Assembly: GCA_044345055.1 (NCBI GenBank)
Contig: JBIJBT010000007.1
Coordinates: 1 to 50,570 of the forward strand
Length of the DNA: 50,570 nucleotides
Source of the DNA: Bdellovibrionota bacterium
GTDB lineage: Bacteria; Bdellovibrionota_C; UBA2361; OMIW01
Reading direction: 5' to 3'
The notes beneath the pieces are model-generated. The model did no database searches, had not been told where the DNA came from, and worked only from the letters and a program-made list of their open reading frames with translations. This document shows positions 9,979-19,285 of this stretch, one piece after another. Position 1 is the first letter of the stretch. Every line of letters starts with the position of its first letter. A program made the translations under genes and the position numbers.

Positions 9979-10865
9979 TGGGAAGAGGCTTCCATGGTGC
10001 TCGGGAACGTCTTGGAGTTTGCGCGCTTGCCTGTTGTGCCTGGTTGAGTGTAGGGGTAACAGCTGCGATCGCGATTGCTCTTTTTCAGGAGACGATCCTT
10101 TTTTTTGGTCAGGTTTCTTATCTTCAGTTTTTTCTTGATACCGAGTGGACCCCACTTTTTTGGGATAAACATTACGGAATCTGGCCCCTCGTATGCGGAA
10201 CGGTAATTACGACGACGGTTTCACTAGCGGTTGCTATTCCTGCAGGAACGATCATCGCACTTTTTCTTGCTGAATGGGCTCCACGTGTTGTGCGGATGAT
10301 GGTGAAGCCTCTGCTGGAGATTCTCTCTGGTATTCCTACGATCGTGTTTGGGTATTTCGCGGTTAGTGTGGTTACGCCGGTACTGCGAGCTTTTTTTCCC
10401 TCGATTCCTGGCTTTAATGCGCTTAGCGCGGGAATCGTTATGGGGATCATGATGCTCCCTCTCGTTGCAACTCTTGTAGAAGATGCGCTCACCGTTGTTC
10501 CACAATCTTATCGCGAAGCCTCTTACGCCCTTGGTGCGGGAAGATTTACGACGATGATCCGGGTGACTCTTCCAGCTGCAGCGGGTGGAGTAACGGCAGC
10601 GGCTATTTTGGCGCTCTCTCGTGCTCTTGGGGAGACGATGATAGTAACGATTGCAGCGGGGCAACAACCTCGACTTTCTCTTAATCCGCTTCAGGCGGTT
10701 GAAACTTTGACTGCTTTTATTGCGCAGGTAGTCATGGGTGATACTCCCTACGGTTCAATCGAGCATCAAGCGATCTTTGTTGTTGGATCGCTTCTATTTC
10801 TCGGCACACTAACGTTGAATGTAGCGAGCATCTGGATTCGGGAGCGATTTGCGATGGATCGGTAA
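9978..10865 (+). CDS. pstC: Phosphate ABC transporter permease PstC
   Basis: LEILSGIPTIVFG, EASYALGA, SRALGETM. Confidence 0.92.
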   Translation: MGRGFHGARERLGVCALACCAWLSVGVTAAIAIALFQETILFFGQVSYLQFFLDTEWTPLFWDKHYGIWPLVCGTVITTTVSLAVAIPAGTIIALFLAEWAPRVVRMMVKPLLEILSGIPTIVFGYFAVSVVTPVLRAFFPSIPGFNALSAGIVMGIMMLPLVATLVEDALTVVPQSYREASYALGAGRFTTMIRVTLPAAAGGVTAAAILALSRALGETMIVTIAAGQQPRLSLNPLQAVETLTAFIAQVVMGDTPYGSIEHQAIFVVGSLLFLGTLTLNVASIWIRERFAMDR

Positions 10866-10918
10866 CGGAGAGCGATTGGTTTCACAAAATTGAGATTTTT
10901 AAAAGCTGGGCATAACCG

Positions 10919-11776
10919 ATGAAACAGAAAGAGCGGGTCCATTTGAACGGGGGTGAGATGCTCTTTCGAGTTGCAGCGGCTCTTTCATTTTTGCTCTGCA
11001 TTGCGACTCTGGGTGCGATGGCGGCTGATCTTGTTGTCTCGGGTGGAGGACGGATCGGATGGCAGTTTTTGACGGGAGTGTCTTCAAGGCTACCCGATAG
11101 GGCAGGGGTGTTGCCAGCACTTGCAGGAACGGTTTGGGTTACGGGGGTTGCGATGATAGTTGCGCTTCCTCTTGGGGTCGGAGCAGCGGTCTATCTTGAA
11201 GAGCTGTGTAGGCGAGGCCGCTTGAGCCGAATCCTTGAGATCTTTATCTCTAATTTAGCAGGTGTTCCCGCGATTTTGTTTGGGATGGTGGGGCTTCAGA
11301 TATTTGTACGGTGGTGCGGTTTAGGTCGAACGGTTATCGCGGGCGCGCTAACGATGGCTCTTGTTGTCCTTCCACTCATTATTCTGGTGTCGCGTGAGGC
11401 GATTCGTGCCGTTCCTCGCGACATTAGAGAGGCCTCGTTAGCGCTCGGTGCAAGCAAAATGCAAACTATCTGGTATCAGGTAATTCCAGCAGCTCTTCCC
11501 GGTATTCTTACCGGTGCTATTCTCGGAGTTTGTCGCATTATCGGTGAAGCAGCACCTCTTCTTGCGTTGGGTGCGCTGACCTATCTTACAAAAACACCCA
11601 CTGGTCTTAATTCACCATTTACAACTTTGCCGATCCAAATCTTTAACTGGATATCTCGTCCACAGATTGGTTTTCATCGAAACGCCGCAGCTGCGATAAT
11701 CGTGCTTCTTTTTTTACTCTTCCTGCTCAATGTAACAGCTATTATTATTCGGGCACGGAGTCAAAGTAGTCGATAG
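10919..11776 (+). CDS. pstA: Phosphate ABC transporter permease PstA
   Basis: [30 protein letters not shown]. Confidence 0.92.
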   Translation: MKQKERVHLNGGEMLFRVAAALSFLLCIATLGAMAADLVVSGGGRIGWQFLTGVSSRLPDRAGVLPALAGTVWVTGVAMIVALPLGVGAAVYLEELCRRGRLSRILEIFISNLAGVPAILFGMVGLQIFVRWCGLGRTVIAGALTMALVVLPLIILVSREAIRAVPRDIREASLALGASKMQTIWYQVIPAALPGILTGAILGVCRIIGEAAPLLALGALTYLTKTPTGLNSPFTTLPIQIFNWISRPQIGFHRNAAAAIIVLLFLLFLLNVTAIIIRARSQSSR

Positions 11777-11826
11777 CGCCGCGAATTAGTATAGACAGAA
11801 AAGCAGTATCGTCTAAGAAGGAGAGC

Positions 11827-12582
11827 ATGGGAGAGGTAGTAACAGTAACAGGGCTCAATCTCTGGTATGGAGAGCGACAAGCACTCCATTCTATCTCCCT
11901 TGCTGCAACTGAGGGTGAAGTGCTTGCGCTAATTGGACCCTCGGGATGTGGTAAATCAACATTCCTTAGAACTCTAAATCGGATGAATGACCTTATTCCC
12001 TCGGTTAGAATCGAGGGATCGGTCGTGGTTCTTGGCGAAGATATTTACCGCAACGGCATGGAGCTCGCTGAGCTGCGTCGGCGGGTTGGATTAGTTTTTC
12101 AGCGCTCAAACCCGTTTCCAAAAAGCATTTACGAAAATGTGGCCTACGGCCCAAAAATTCATGGAGAAAAGCGGCGGGTCGAGCTCGATGAGATCGTCGA
12201 GCAATCGCTCCGTAGAGCCGATCTGTGGGATGAGGTAAAAGATAGGCTTGGAGCAAGTGCACTCCGTTTGTCGGGAGGACAGCAGCAGCGGCTCTGTATA
12301 GCACGCGCTCTCGCAGTCCGTCCCAAGATACTTTTAATGGATGAACCAGCATCTGCGCTAGATCCTCGCTCAACGGCCAAAATAGAGGAACTTATAGCCG
12401 TTTTGCGGGGCGAATATACGATTCTTATTGTAACTCACAACATGCAGCAAGCGGGACGAGTTTCAGATCGCACCGCCTTTTTTTGCGATGGGGCACTGAT
12501 TGAGAGTGGAGTGACGAGTGATATCTTCACTAATCCGCAGAAAAAAGAGACTCAAGATTACATTACAGGGAGGTTCGGATGA
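11827..12582 (+). CDS. pstB: Phosphate ABC transporter ATPase PstB
   Basis: [38 protein letters not shown]. Confidence 0.96.
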   Translation: MGEVVTVTGLNLWYGERQALHSISLAATEGEVLALIGPSGCGKSTFLRTLNRMNDLIPSVRIEGSVVVLGEDIYRNGMELAELRRRVGLVFQRSNPFPKSIYENVAYGPKIHGEKRRVELDEIVEQSLRRADLWDEVKDRLGASALRLSGGQQQRLCIARALAVRPKILLMDEPASALDPRSTAKIEELIAVLRGEYTILIVTHNMQQAGRVSDRTAFFCDGALIESGVTSDIFTNPQKKETQDYITGRFG

Positions 12583-13244
12583 CAAGGCACCTCGATCGGG
12601 AGATAGGGCGGCTTAAAGAGGCGGTGCTCAACTTAAGCGCGCTGGTTGAAGAGAGTGTGTATCGTGCAATCCGTGCAGTTGAAGATGGGGACGCAGCGTT
12701 GGCGAAACAGGTGATCGAAGAAGATGCGATTATCGATCAGCGCGAGGTCTTCGTTGAGGAGGAGTGCTTAAAAATATTTGCTCTCTATCAACCGGTTGCG
12801 ATCGATCTAAGATTTCTTGTTGCAATTTTGAAGCTCAATAGCGACCTCGAGCGAATTGGGGATCTCGCCGGAAATATTGCTTCGCGCGCCAAGGGGCTCG
12901 CAGGGCTCCCGCGACCATCCGGAATAATTGATTTCGCCCCGATGTTTGCTGCGGCAAAGAGCATGCTGCGGGGGTCCCTTGAATCACTTGTTGAGCTGGA
13001 CACAAAGAAAGCTCTTGAGGTCATTCGCTCCGATGAGGCGCTCGATGAGGCAAATAGGGCGAATTATCGGGAGGTAAAAAGTCTAATTCGTGCATATCCC
13101 GCAGACCTCGACGCTCTACTCCATTATCTCTCGGTTTCTCGATATCTTGAGCGAATAGGGGATCATTGCACGAATATCGCCGAGGATGTGCTGTACATGA
13201 TGGAGGGGAAGATCGTTCGTCACCGGTTGGATGAGGGGTGGTAG
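12579..13244 (+). CDS. phoU: Phosphate signalling protein PhoU
   Basis: [30 protein letters not shown] overlap with pstB. Confidence 0.95.
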   Translation: MTRHLDREIGRLKEAVLNLSALVEESVYRAIRAVEDGDAALAKQVIEEDAIIDQREVFVEEECLKIFALYQPVAIDLRFLVAILKLNSDLERIGDLAGNIASRAKGLAGLPRPSGIIDFAPMFAAAKSMLRGSLESLVELDTKKALEVIRSDEALDEANRANYREVKSLIRAYPADLDALLHYLSVSRYLERIGDHCTNIAEDVLYMMEGKIVRHRLDEGW

Positions 13245-13249
13245 CCTAT

Positions 13250-13278
13250 TTGACTTGAGAAGGTTCCTGCGTTACCGT
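13250..13278 (+). promoter_or_regulatory. Candidate sigma70 promoter for the glycosyltransferase cluster
   Basis: TTGACT-N17-TACCGT about 105 bp upstream of the GT2 start. Confidence 0.4.
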
Positions 13279-13382
13279 TTTCTGATCTTAATGCTTAAGG
13301 ATACGGCGTTTTAGAGATTGGCGCAACGGAGGTTGGGGCGGTTAATACCTGCGTGATTTAAATAAGTTGAATAAGGTACCTC

Positions 13383-14381
13383 ATGACGGTAGGGAGTGAA
13401 GAGGAGATGAAAGGGGTCTCAGTTGTTATTCCGGTTTTCAACGAAGAGGAGAATGTCGCGGAGTCGTACCACGAAGTGTCGGGGGTGATGGCATCGTTGG
13501 GTCGTCCCTATGAGATACTCTTTGTTGATGATGGTTCCTCCGATAAAACGATAGCGAACCTCGTTGCTGTTGGGGGTCAAGACCCGCATCTACGAATCAT
13601 TGAGTTTCGCCGTAACTTCGGTCAGACGGCGGCGATGGCGGCGGGATTTCAGAACACGAAATTCGATATAGTCGTAGCTCTTGATGGTGATTTACAGAAT
13701 GACCCGGCTGAAATTCCAAGGATGATTGGAAAGTTGGAGGAGGGGTTTGACCTCGTCGCAGGTTGGCGCAAAGACCGAAAGGATAAGTACCTTTCGCGAA
13801 GAGTTCCGAGCATGATAGCGAATCGGCTTATATCGTTTTTTACCAATGTTCGGCTCCACGATTACGGCTGTACCCTCAAGGTTATGCGCGGCGATATCGC
13901 CCGCGGTATTCGACTGTACGGAGAGATGCACCGCTTTATTCCTGCGCTTGCGTATGAACAGGGGGCCAAAATAGTTGAAATGCCCGTCCGACATAGAGAG
14001 CGGAAATTTGGTACCTCAAAGTACGGAATATCGCGCACTCTGCGAGTGATACTCGATCTTATGACGGTCAAGTTTCTTCTTGGGTTCTCAAAACGTCCAA
14101 TTCACCTTTTTGGAACCCTTGGATTATTGAGTGGTGGTGGTGGTGCGTTGATGTTGGTCACCGCCATTTTGCAGCGCATGGCGTTCGGAGTTCCGATGGG
14201 GAACCGCCCGATGATGGTACTCGGGGTGATGCTGGTTTTGATGGGATTACAATTTTTGATGTTCGGCCTTCTTGCCGAAGTAATGACCCGCACCTACTAC
14301 GAGTCCCAGAATAAAGAAATATATGTGATTCGGCGAATTCGCGAAGGGGCAGGGGAATCATTGCGACGTGTGGTTAACTAG
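13383..14381 (+). CDS. GT2 polyprenyl-phosphate glycosyltransferase (ArnC/GtrB/DPM-like)
   Basis: VIPVFNEEE, VDDGSSD, RNFGQ.AA, DGDLQNDP, HRFIP, two C-terminal TM helices. Confidence 0.9.
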   Translation: MTVGSEEEMKGVSVVIPVFNEEENVAESYHEVSGVMASLGRPYEILFVDDGSSDKTIANLVAVGGQDPHLRIIEFRRNFGQTAAMAAGFQNTKFDIVVALDGDLQNDPAEIPRMIGKLEEGFDLVAGWRKDRKDKYLSRRVPSMIANRLISFFTNVRLHDYGCTLKVMRGDIARGIRLYGEMHRFIPALAYEQGAKIVEMPVRHRERKFGTSKYGISRTLRVILDLMTVKFLLGFSKRPIHLFGTLGLLSGGGGALMLVTAILQRMAFGVPMGNRPMMVLGVMLVLMGLQFLMFGLLAEVMTRTYYESQNKEIYVIRRIREGAGESLRRVVN

Positions 14382-14445
14382 TTTGTTGGTATTTTTCTAT
14401 ATCCGTGAAGGGGACCTTTTGCGCACGGCTGATCAGGAGCATTAG

Positions 14446-15522
14446 ATGAAGCTTCTCCTCGATGCGCGAAAATTGAACGATGGCGGAATAGGCACCTATC
14501 TTCGAAATTTATTAGTGGGGCTCCGAAATCATCCGGAGATTTCTCTCACGGTTCTTGTGAGAGAAACGGAAGCAGAAGACCCAATTATTCGAACTTTGCC
14601 GCAGATTGTGACTACCGCGGGTCTTTACTCGCTTCGTGAGCTACTCTCACTTAGTCGAGAAATTTCGTGGGATTCCTTTTCGCTTTTTCATACCCCACAT
14701 TTCGTTCTTCCACTTGCTATTCCGATTCCATCGGTTGTAACGATTCACGATCTTAACCACCTCTTTCATCCTGAGCGATTTTATTACCCATTTATCGCTG
14801 CTCCATATATTTTCTCAGCGGTATCCCGAGCCCGTCAGATAATCGCAGTTAGTGAGCAAACTCGGGCGGAAATTATATCTTTCTCCGGGTGGTGGCCCGG
14901 GGTTACCAACAAACTCTCGGTGATACCGAATAGCGTTCCGCTTTCAGGAAATTTCGGCGGACTATCGAGGTTGGCGACCACTATGGAAGATGATAATTCA
15001 ACCCAAACGCCTTATCTTCTTGCGGTGATTTCAACCGATAAGCCTCACAAAGGGGTTCCGGATCTATTAGCGGCTTTCGAACAGGTTGCATATATTTTTT
15101 CACCTCTTGAGTTGTTGATCGTTGGCGCTGGGACGCCTCGTCCTGAAAAAGTGCCGAGCTCAATTGGTTCCCGAGTTCAGCTAATCGGTCGGGTTGATTC
15201 TGCCGAGATGGATCGGCTATATCGAGGAGCTCGCGCTGTTGTGGTCGCTTCACTGCAAGAGGGATTTTGTTTGCCCGTGATTGAGGCCCACGCCGCTGGT
15301 GTTCCTGTTATCGCTCGCCCAGTCTCAACTATTTCTAGATTGATGACCGAGGAAGATTCACTCGCAGCAGATATGTCGGTCGATGCGCTTATAGGTGCTA
15401 TGACCGCGCAGCTGAATCGCCCTCCTGCTGATCGAAAAAGGCTCGTGCAACATGCAGCGCAGTTTTCGATTCGGAAAATAACCGCCCAAACGGTTGACTG
15501 CTATTGGAGAGCACTGCAATGA
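14446..15522 (+). CDS. GT4 glycosyltransferase
   Basis: GGIGTY, TIHDL, S..EGF.LP.IEA...G.PVI. Confidence 0.88.
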   Translation: MKLLLDARKLNDGGIGTYLRNLLVGLRNHPEISLTVLVRETEAEDPIIRTLPQIVTTAGLYSLRELLSLSREISWDSFSLFHTPHFVLPLAIPIPSVVTIHDLNHLFHPERFYYPFIAAPYIFSAVSRARQIIAVSEQTRAEIISFSGWWPGVTNKLSVIPNSVPLSGNFGGLSRLATTMEDDNSTQTPYLLAVISTDKPHKGVPDLLAAFEQVAYIFSPLELLIVGAGTPRPEKVPSSIGSRVQLIGRVDSAEMDRLYRGARAVVVASLQEGFCLPVIEAHAAGVPVIARPVSTISRLMTEEDSLAADMSVDALIGAMTAQLNRPPADRKRLVQHAAQFSIRKITAQTVDCYWRALQ

Positions 15523-16610
15523 AGGTTGCTCTAGTCCACGATTGGTTAACCGGAATGCGGGGAGGGGAGCGATGCCTTGAGGCGTTCCTATCGATCTATC
15601 CCGATGCCGATATACACACCCTTATTCATGTTCCGGGGAGTACCTCGGCGCGGATAGACGAGCGGGTGCGGGGGACATCTTGGTTACAGATGCTTCCCAA
15701 GGCTGGGACTATTCACCGCCTACTTTTGCCATTATACCCATCAGCGGCCCGCTCAATTAGATTGTCAGGGTACGATCTCGTTATCTCTCTTAGCCATGCG
15801 GCGGCGAAAAATGTTGAAGTTCCTAAAGGAACCCGCCATATCTGCTATTGTTTTACCCCGATGCGTTACATCTGGGACCAGGCCGATCAATATTTTGGTC
15901 CAGCTAGACTCGGGTTGTGGCCTATAATAAAGGGGCTCCGTAGCTGGGATGTAAGAGGCGCAGCGGGTGTAACTGATTTTGTCGCGATTAGTCGCTTCAT
16001 CGCGGCCCGTATTCGATGCTACTATCAAAGGAGTTCATCAATCGTTTATCCGCCGGTTAATACTTCGTGGATAGCGCCAGCGGCGGAGGGAAGCTGCGGT
16101 GAAGCGTTTCTCTATGCGGGGGCGCTGGTTCCCTACAAGCGTCCAGACCTTATCGTTGAGGCGGCTAATCGGCTCAAGCTGCCCCTCTGGGTGGTTGGAG
16201 GTGGTCCGATGGAGGCGGCTCTCCGAAAGCAGGCGGGGTCGACTGTGGTGGTAACTGGGCGATGTTCGGATGAGGAGTTGGCGGAATACTATCGCCGCTG
16301 TCGCGCCCTTATTTTGCCCGGCGTTGAAGATTTTGGGATGATGCCGGTCGAGTGTATGGCCGCAGGTCGGCCGGTCATTGGGCGACGTTTTGGGGGAACG
16401 GCAGACACGATTCAAGTTGACGAAGGACGATCAACTGGTTTGCTTATTCGGGGAAATCGTCACTCCCTCACGGTCGATGATATCGTAGAGTCTCTAACCC
16501 GATTCATGCTAATCGAGGAGCGCTTCTCGGTTAAGGCGTGTAAAGAACAAGCCGCTCGATTCAGTCCAGAGGTATTTCTACAATCTTGGTCCAGCGTTGC
16601 TGCGGGGTAA
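15519..16610 (+). CDS. GT4 glycosyltransferase (WbaZ-like)
   Basis: MKVALVHDWL...GGER, CFTPMRY.W, LVPYKR.D, EDFG..PVE..A.G.PVI; ATGA overlap. Confidence 0.9.
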   Translation: MKVALVHDWLTGMRGGERCLEAFLSIYPDADIHTLIHVPGSTSARIDERVRGTSWLQMLPKAGTIHRLLLPLYPSAARSIRLSGYDLVISLSHAAAKNVEVPKGTRHICYCFTPMRYIWDQADQYFGPARLGLWPIIKGLRSWDVRGAAGVTDFVAISRFIAARIRCYYQRSSSIVYPPVNTSWIAPAAEGSCGEAFLYAGALVPYKRPDLIVEAANRLKLPLWVVGGGPMEAALRKQAGSTVVVTGRCSDEELAEYYRRCRALILPGVEDFGMMPVECMAAGRPVIGRRFGGTADTIQVDEGRSTGLLIRGNRHSLTVDDIVESLTRFMLIEERFSVKACKEQAARFSPEVFLQSWSSVAAG

Positions 16611-16740
16611 CTATTCAGCCCACCTTTTTAAGGGAGTCATTCGAAAGACAAAAAAACATGAAACGCGGTGGTGATTTGGGTGGCTCGATTCGCTCAATGC
16701 TCGTCGGCAGTTTTTTGCTGAATAGTTAGTGTTTCCCCCC

Positions 16741-16771
16741 GGCGGGCTTTCGCCCGCCACCCCGAAGGGGT
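16741..16771. repeat. Two adjacent GC-rich hairpins (REP-like)
   Basis: GGCGGGC-tttc-GCCCGCC immediately followed by ACCCC-gaa-GGGGT. Confidence 0.55.
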
Positions 16772-16828
16772 TGTGGGAGGTTATTGGGAATTTTAGGGGT
16801 GAATAGTTACGTTGCGGGAAGATCCTAA

Positions 16829-18232
16829 ATGGTAAAACAGCGCCATCAACTTTTCGCTTTTCTCTTCATGGTCTCTGACCTTGGTATGGTGTCGGTTGCT
16901 TGGCTTGGTGCGTATTGGATTCGGTTTTCTACCGATGTTGTTCCCGCAATCAAGGGTATCCCACGGATCGATGATTATCTTCTGATGCTTGTGCCGGTTT
17001 GGATCATCTGGGGATTTGTCTTTCGTATTATGGGGCTTTATAGACCGATGCGTGGGGTTCGGCGAGTCCGCGAGCTTTGGTTGCTTGTACAGGCAAATGG
17101 GTTTGCGCTTCTTTCTCTTATCGCTTTTGTGTTTCTCTTTCGCGAAAAAGAGGTTGAATATTCTAGATTGGTTTTTCTCTATTTTGGTGCCGCAGTTACA
17201 GCTGGGACGATGATTCAACGATCGGCGCTTAGGTTTTTTCTGAGTGAGGCGCGACGCAAGGGGTATAATCTGCGATACCTTTTGGTCGTCGGAGCGGGTC
17301 GTGTCGCAGAAGACATTATCTCTCGGATTAGGAATCAACGAGAGTTGGGAATTCAGCTTGTCGGATGTCTCTCAAAAGATGGCGGCGAGGGTCGAGGTCC
17401 CCACGGAGCTCCTATCCTTGGTCGCTATGAGGACCTAGGCGATGTTCTAAACAGGGTAAGTATAGACCAGGTGGTTATCGCGCTTCCCCTCGAAGATAGT
17501 CTTACAATGCCCAATATCATGGCGTGCCTCCGCGACACACTGGTCGATGTGAAAATTATTCCCGATTTATATCAATTTGTGAGCATTGGTGGCGCAATCG
17601 AGGAGTTTGAAGGATTACCAGTTATCTCGGTTCAGGGAAGCCCGTTAGAGGGTGCGGGGCTTATAGTGAAGCGGCTTTTCGATATTGTGGTTGGTGCTAT
17701 CGCTGCGATTATTGTATCGCCGGTTATTTTGCTTGTGGCTCTTTTGATTCGGCTAACTTCACGAGGAGCTATATTCTATAAGCAGGAACGGGTGAGTCTC
17801 GATGGGACTCGGTTTTCGATTTATAAATTCCGTACAATGCAGCTCGATGCCGAATCGCAGGGGCCGGGTTGGACCCGTCCTGATGATGATCGGGTTACGC
17901 GTCTAGGTCGATTTCTCCGTTCAACGAGCCTTGATGAGCTTCCGCAGCTATTTAATGTAATTCGGGGAGATATGTCTTTAGTCGGTCCGCGTCCCGAGAG
18001 GCCGATTTACATCGACCAGTTCCGCCACCGAATTCCTCGCTACATGTTACGCCACAAAGTTCCAGCTGGTATCACCGGCTGGGCCCAGGTGTGCGGATGG
18101 CGAGGAGATACCTCAATCGACAAGCGCATAGAGCATGACCTTTATTACATCGAGCATTGGTCTCTCGTTTTCGATCTAAAAATTCTTCTACTCACCGTTG
18201 TTCGCGGTTTTTTCCATAAAAATGCTTATTGA
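16829..18232 (+). CDS. wcaJ: Undecaprenyl-phosphate hexose-1-phosphate transferase (WcaJ/WbaP family)
   Basis: N-terminal TM helices; KR.FDI, KFRTM, DELPQL.NV..GDMS.VGPRPE, GITGWAQV. Confidence 0.9.
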   Translation: MVKQRHQLFAFLFMVSDLGMVSVAWLGAYWIRFSTDVVPAIKGIPRIDDYLLMLVPVWIIWGFVFRIMGLYRPMRGVRRVRELWLLVQANGFALLSLIAFVFLFREKEVEYSRLVFLYFGAAVTAGTMIQRSALRFFLSEARRKGYNLRYLLVVGAGRVAEDIISRIRNQRELGIQLVGCLSKDGGEGRGPHGAPILGRYEDLGDVLNRVSIDQVVIALPLEDSLTMPNIMACLRDTLVDVKIIPDLYQFVSIGGAIEEFEGLPVISVQGSPLEGAGLIVKRLFDIVVGAIAAIIVSPVILLVALLIRLTSRGAIFYKQERVSLDGTRFSIYKFRTMQLDAESQGPGWTRPDDDRVTRLGRFLRSTSLDELPQLFNVIRGDMSLVGPRPERPIYIDQFRHRIPRYMLRHKVPAGITGWAQVCGWRGDTSIDKRIEHDLYYIEHWSLVFDLKILLLTVVRGFFHKNAY

Positions 18233-18380
18233 CTCGACTGGAGATACGGCAGTACTCCATGCGGACCGGACGTCCGCATCTCTTCGAGATAAAGACTCCA
18301 ACCACTGGTTGGAGAAGTTGCCTGGGCTCACAATCTTGTCGTCATGGGCAAGTTTAAGAACTTCCTATACCTAAATTGAG

Positions 18381-18429
18381 CGTCTCCCTAACGTCCGATA
18401 ATTAAACCTTATCGGACATTAGGGAGACG
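18381..18429. other. 21-7-21 near-perfect palindrome; candidate non-canonical dif / tyrosine-recombinase core site
   Basis: CGTCTCCCTAACGTCCGATAA-ttaaacc-TTATCGGACATTAGGGAGACG (1 mismatch in 21 bp); lies where KOPS motifs and gene orientation converge. Confidence 0.6.
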
Positions 18430-18586
18430 AAAAGGAGAGATCTAAGGTGTTTGTAATACGTAAATATGTACTACAGGTTACAATTAAGCCTTTGCTCTTG
18501 CTTGTCACAAATGCGACAAAACGGCTTTAACTAGCTGTAATTATAGCTTTTTTTCAGGAACCCTCTTAAGCTAGTGCTCTTTTTGC

Positions 18587-19285
18587 TTACCTTGAGCGAG
18601 ATGCTAAACCTCCTCCCTGAACCATTTCGAAAACATGATCCATTCGATGAGCTAACTCGGTGCTATGGGTAACGACGACCATTAGGCTACCCTGTTCGCG
18701 ACATACCTTAAGAAGAAGCGAGCAGACCTCTTCACCGGTATTTAGGTCGAGGCTGCCGGTCGGCTCATCTGCTAGAAGAATGTCAGGCCGTGTAACAAGT
18801 GCACGGGCAATCGCGACCCGCTGAGCCTCGCCTCCAGAGAGAGCAGCTGGTCGATGAGTAAGTCTGTCCCGCAAACCCACCCGCTCTAGAAGTTCGTGCG
18901 CTTCAGAGAGTGCCTTTGCGCGGGGTCGGCCCGCTATAATAAGGGGCATCGCTACATTTTCAGCTGCGGTGAATTCAGGGAGTAAATGGTGAAACTGGAA
19001 TACAAAACCAACATGCAGTCCCCGAAATGCAGCGCGGTCATCAGTCGAGAGCGCCGTAACATCGACTCCTCCAATGATAATGCGCCCCGCTGTGGGAAGA
19101 TCTAGCGCTCCCAGAAGATGTAAAAGTGTGCTTTTTCCGATTCCGGATCGCCCAACGATCGCACAGGTACCTCGCTCCGGAAATGCAAACGACACCTTGT
19201 TGAGAATTGTGAGTGTTCGCTCCGCATCGAGGTACTCCTTGGTTACATCCTCAAGAATAATTCGCCCTGCTCCCCCACTATTCAT
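18587..19285 (-). CDS. lolD: Lipoprotein-releasing ABC transporter ATPase
   Basis: GRSGIGKST, GFVFQFHHLLPEF, LSGGE.QR, ADEPTG.LD; overlaps the lolC/E stop. Confidence 0.92.
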   Translation of the reverse strand: MNSGGAGRIILEDVTKEYLDAERTLTILNKVSFAFPERGTCAIVGRSGIGKSTLLHLLGALDLPTAGRIIIGGVDVTALSTDDRAAFRGLHVGFVFQFHHLLPEFTAAENVAMPLIIAGRPRAKALSEAHELLERVGLRDRLTHRPAALSGGEAQRVAIARALVTRPDILLADEPTGSLDLNTGEEVCSLLLKVCREQGSLMVVVTHSTELAHRMDHVFEMVQGGGLASRSR

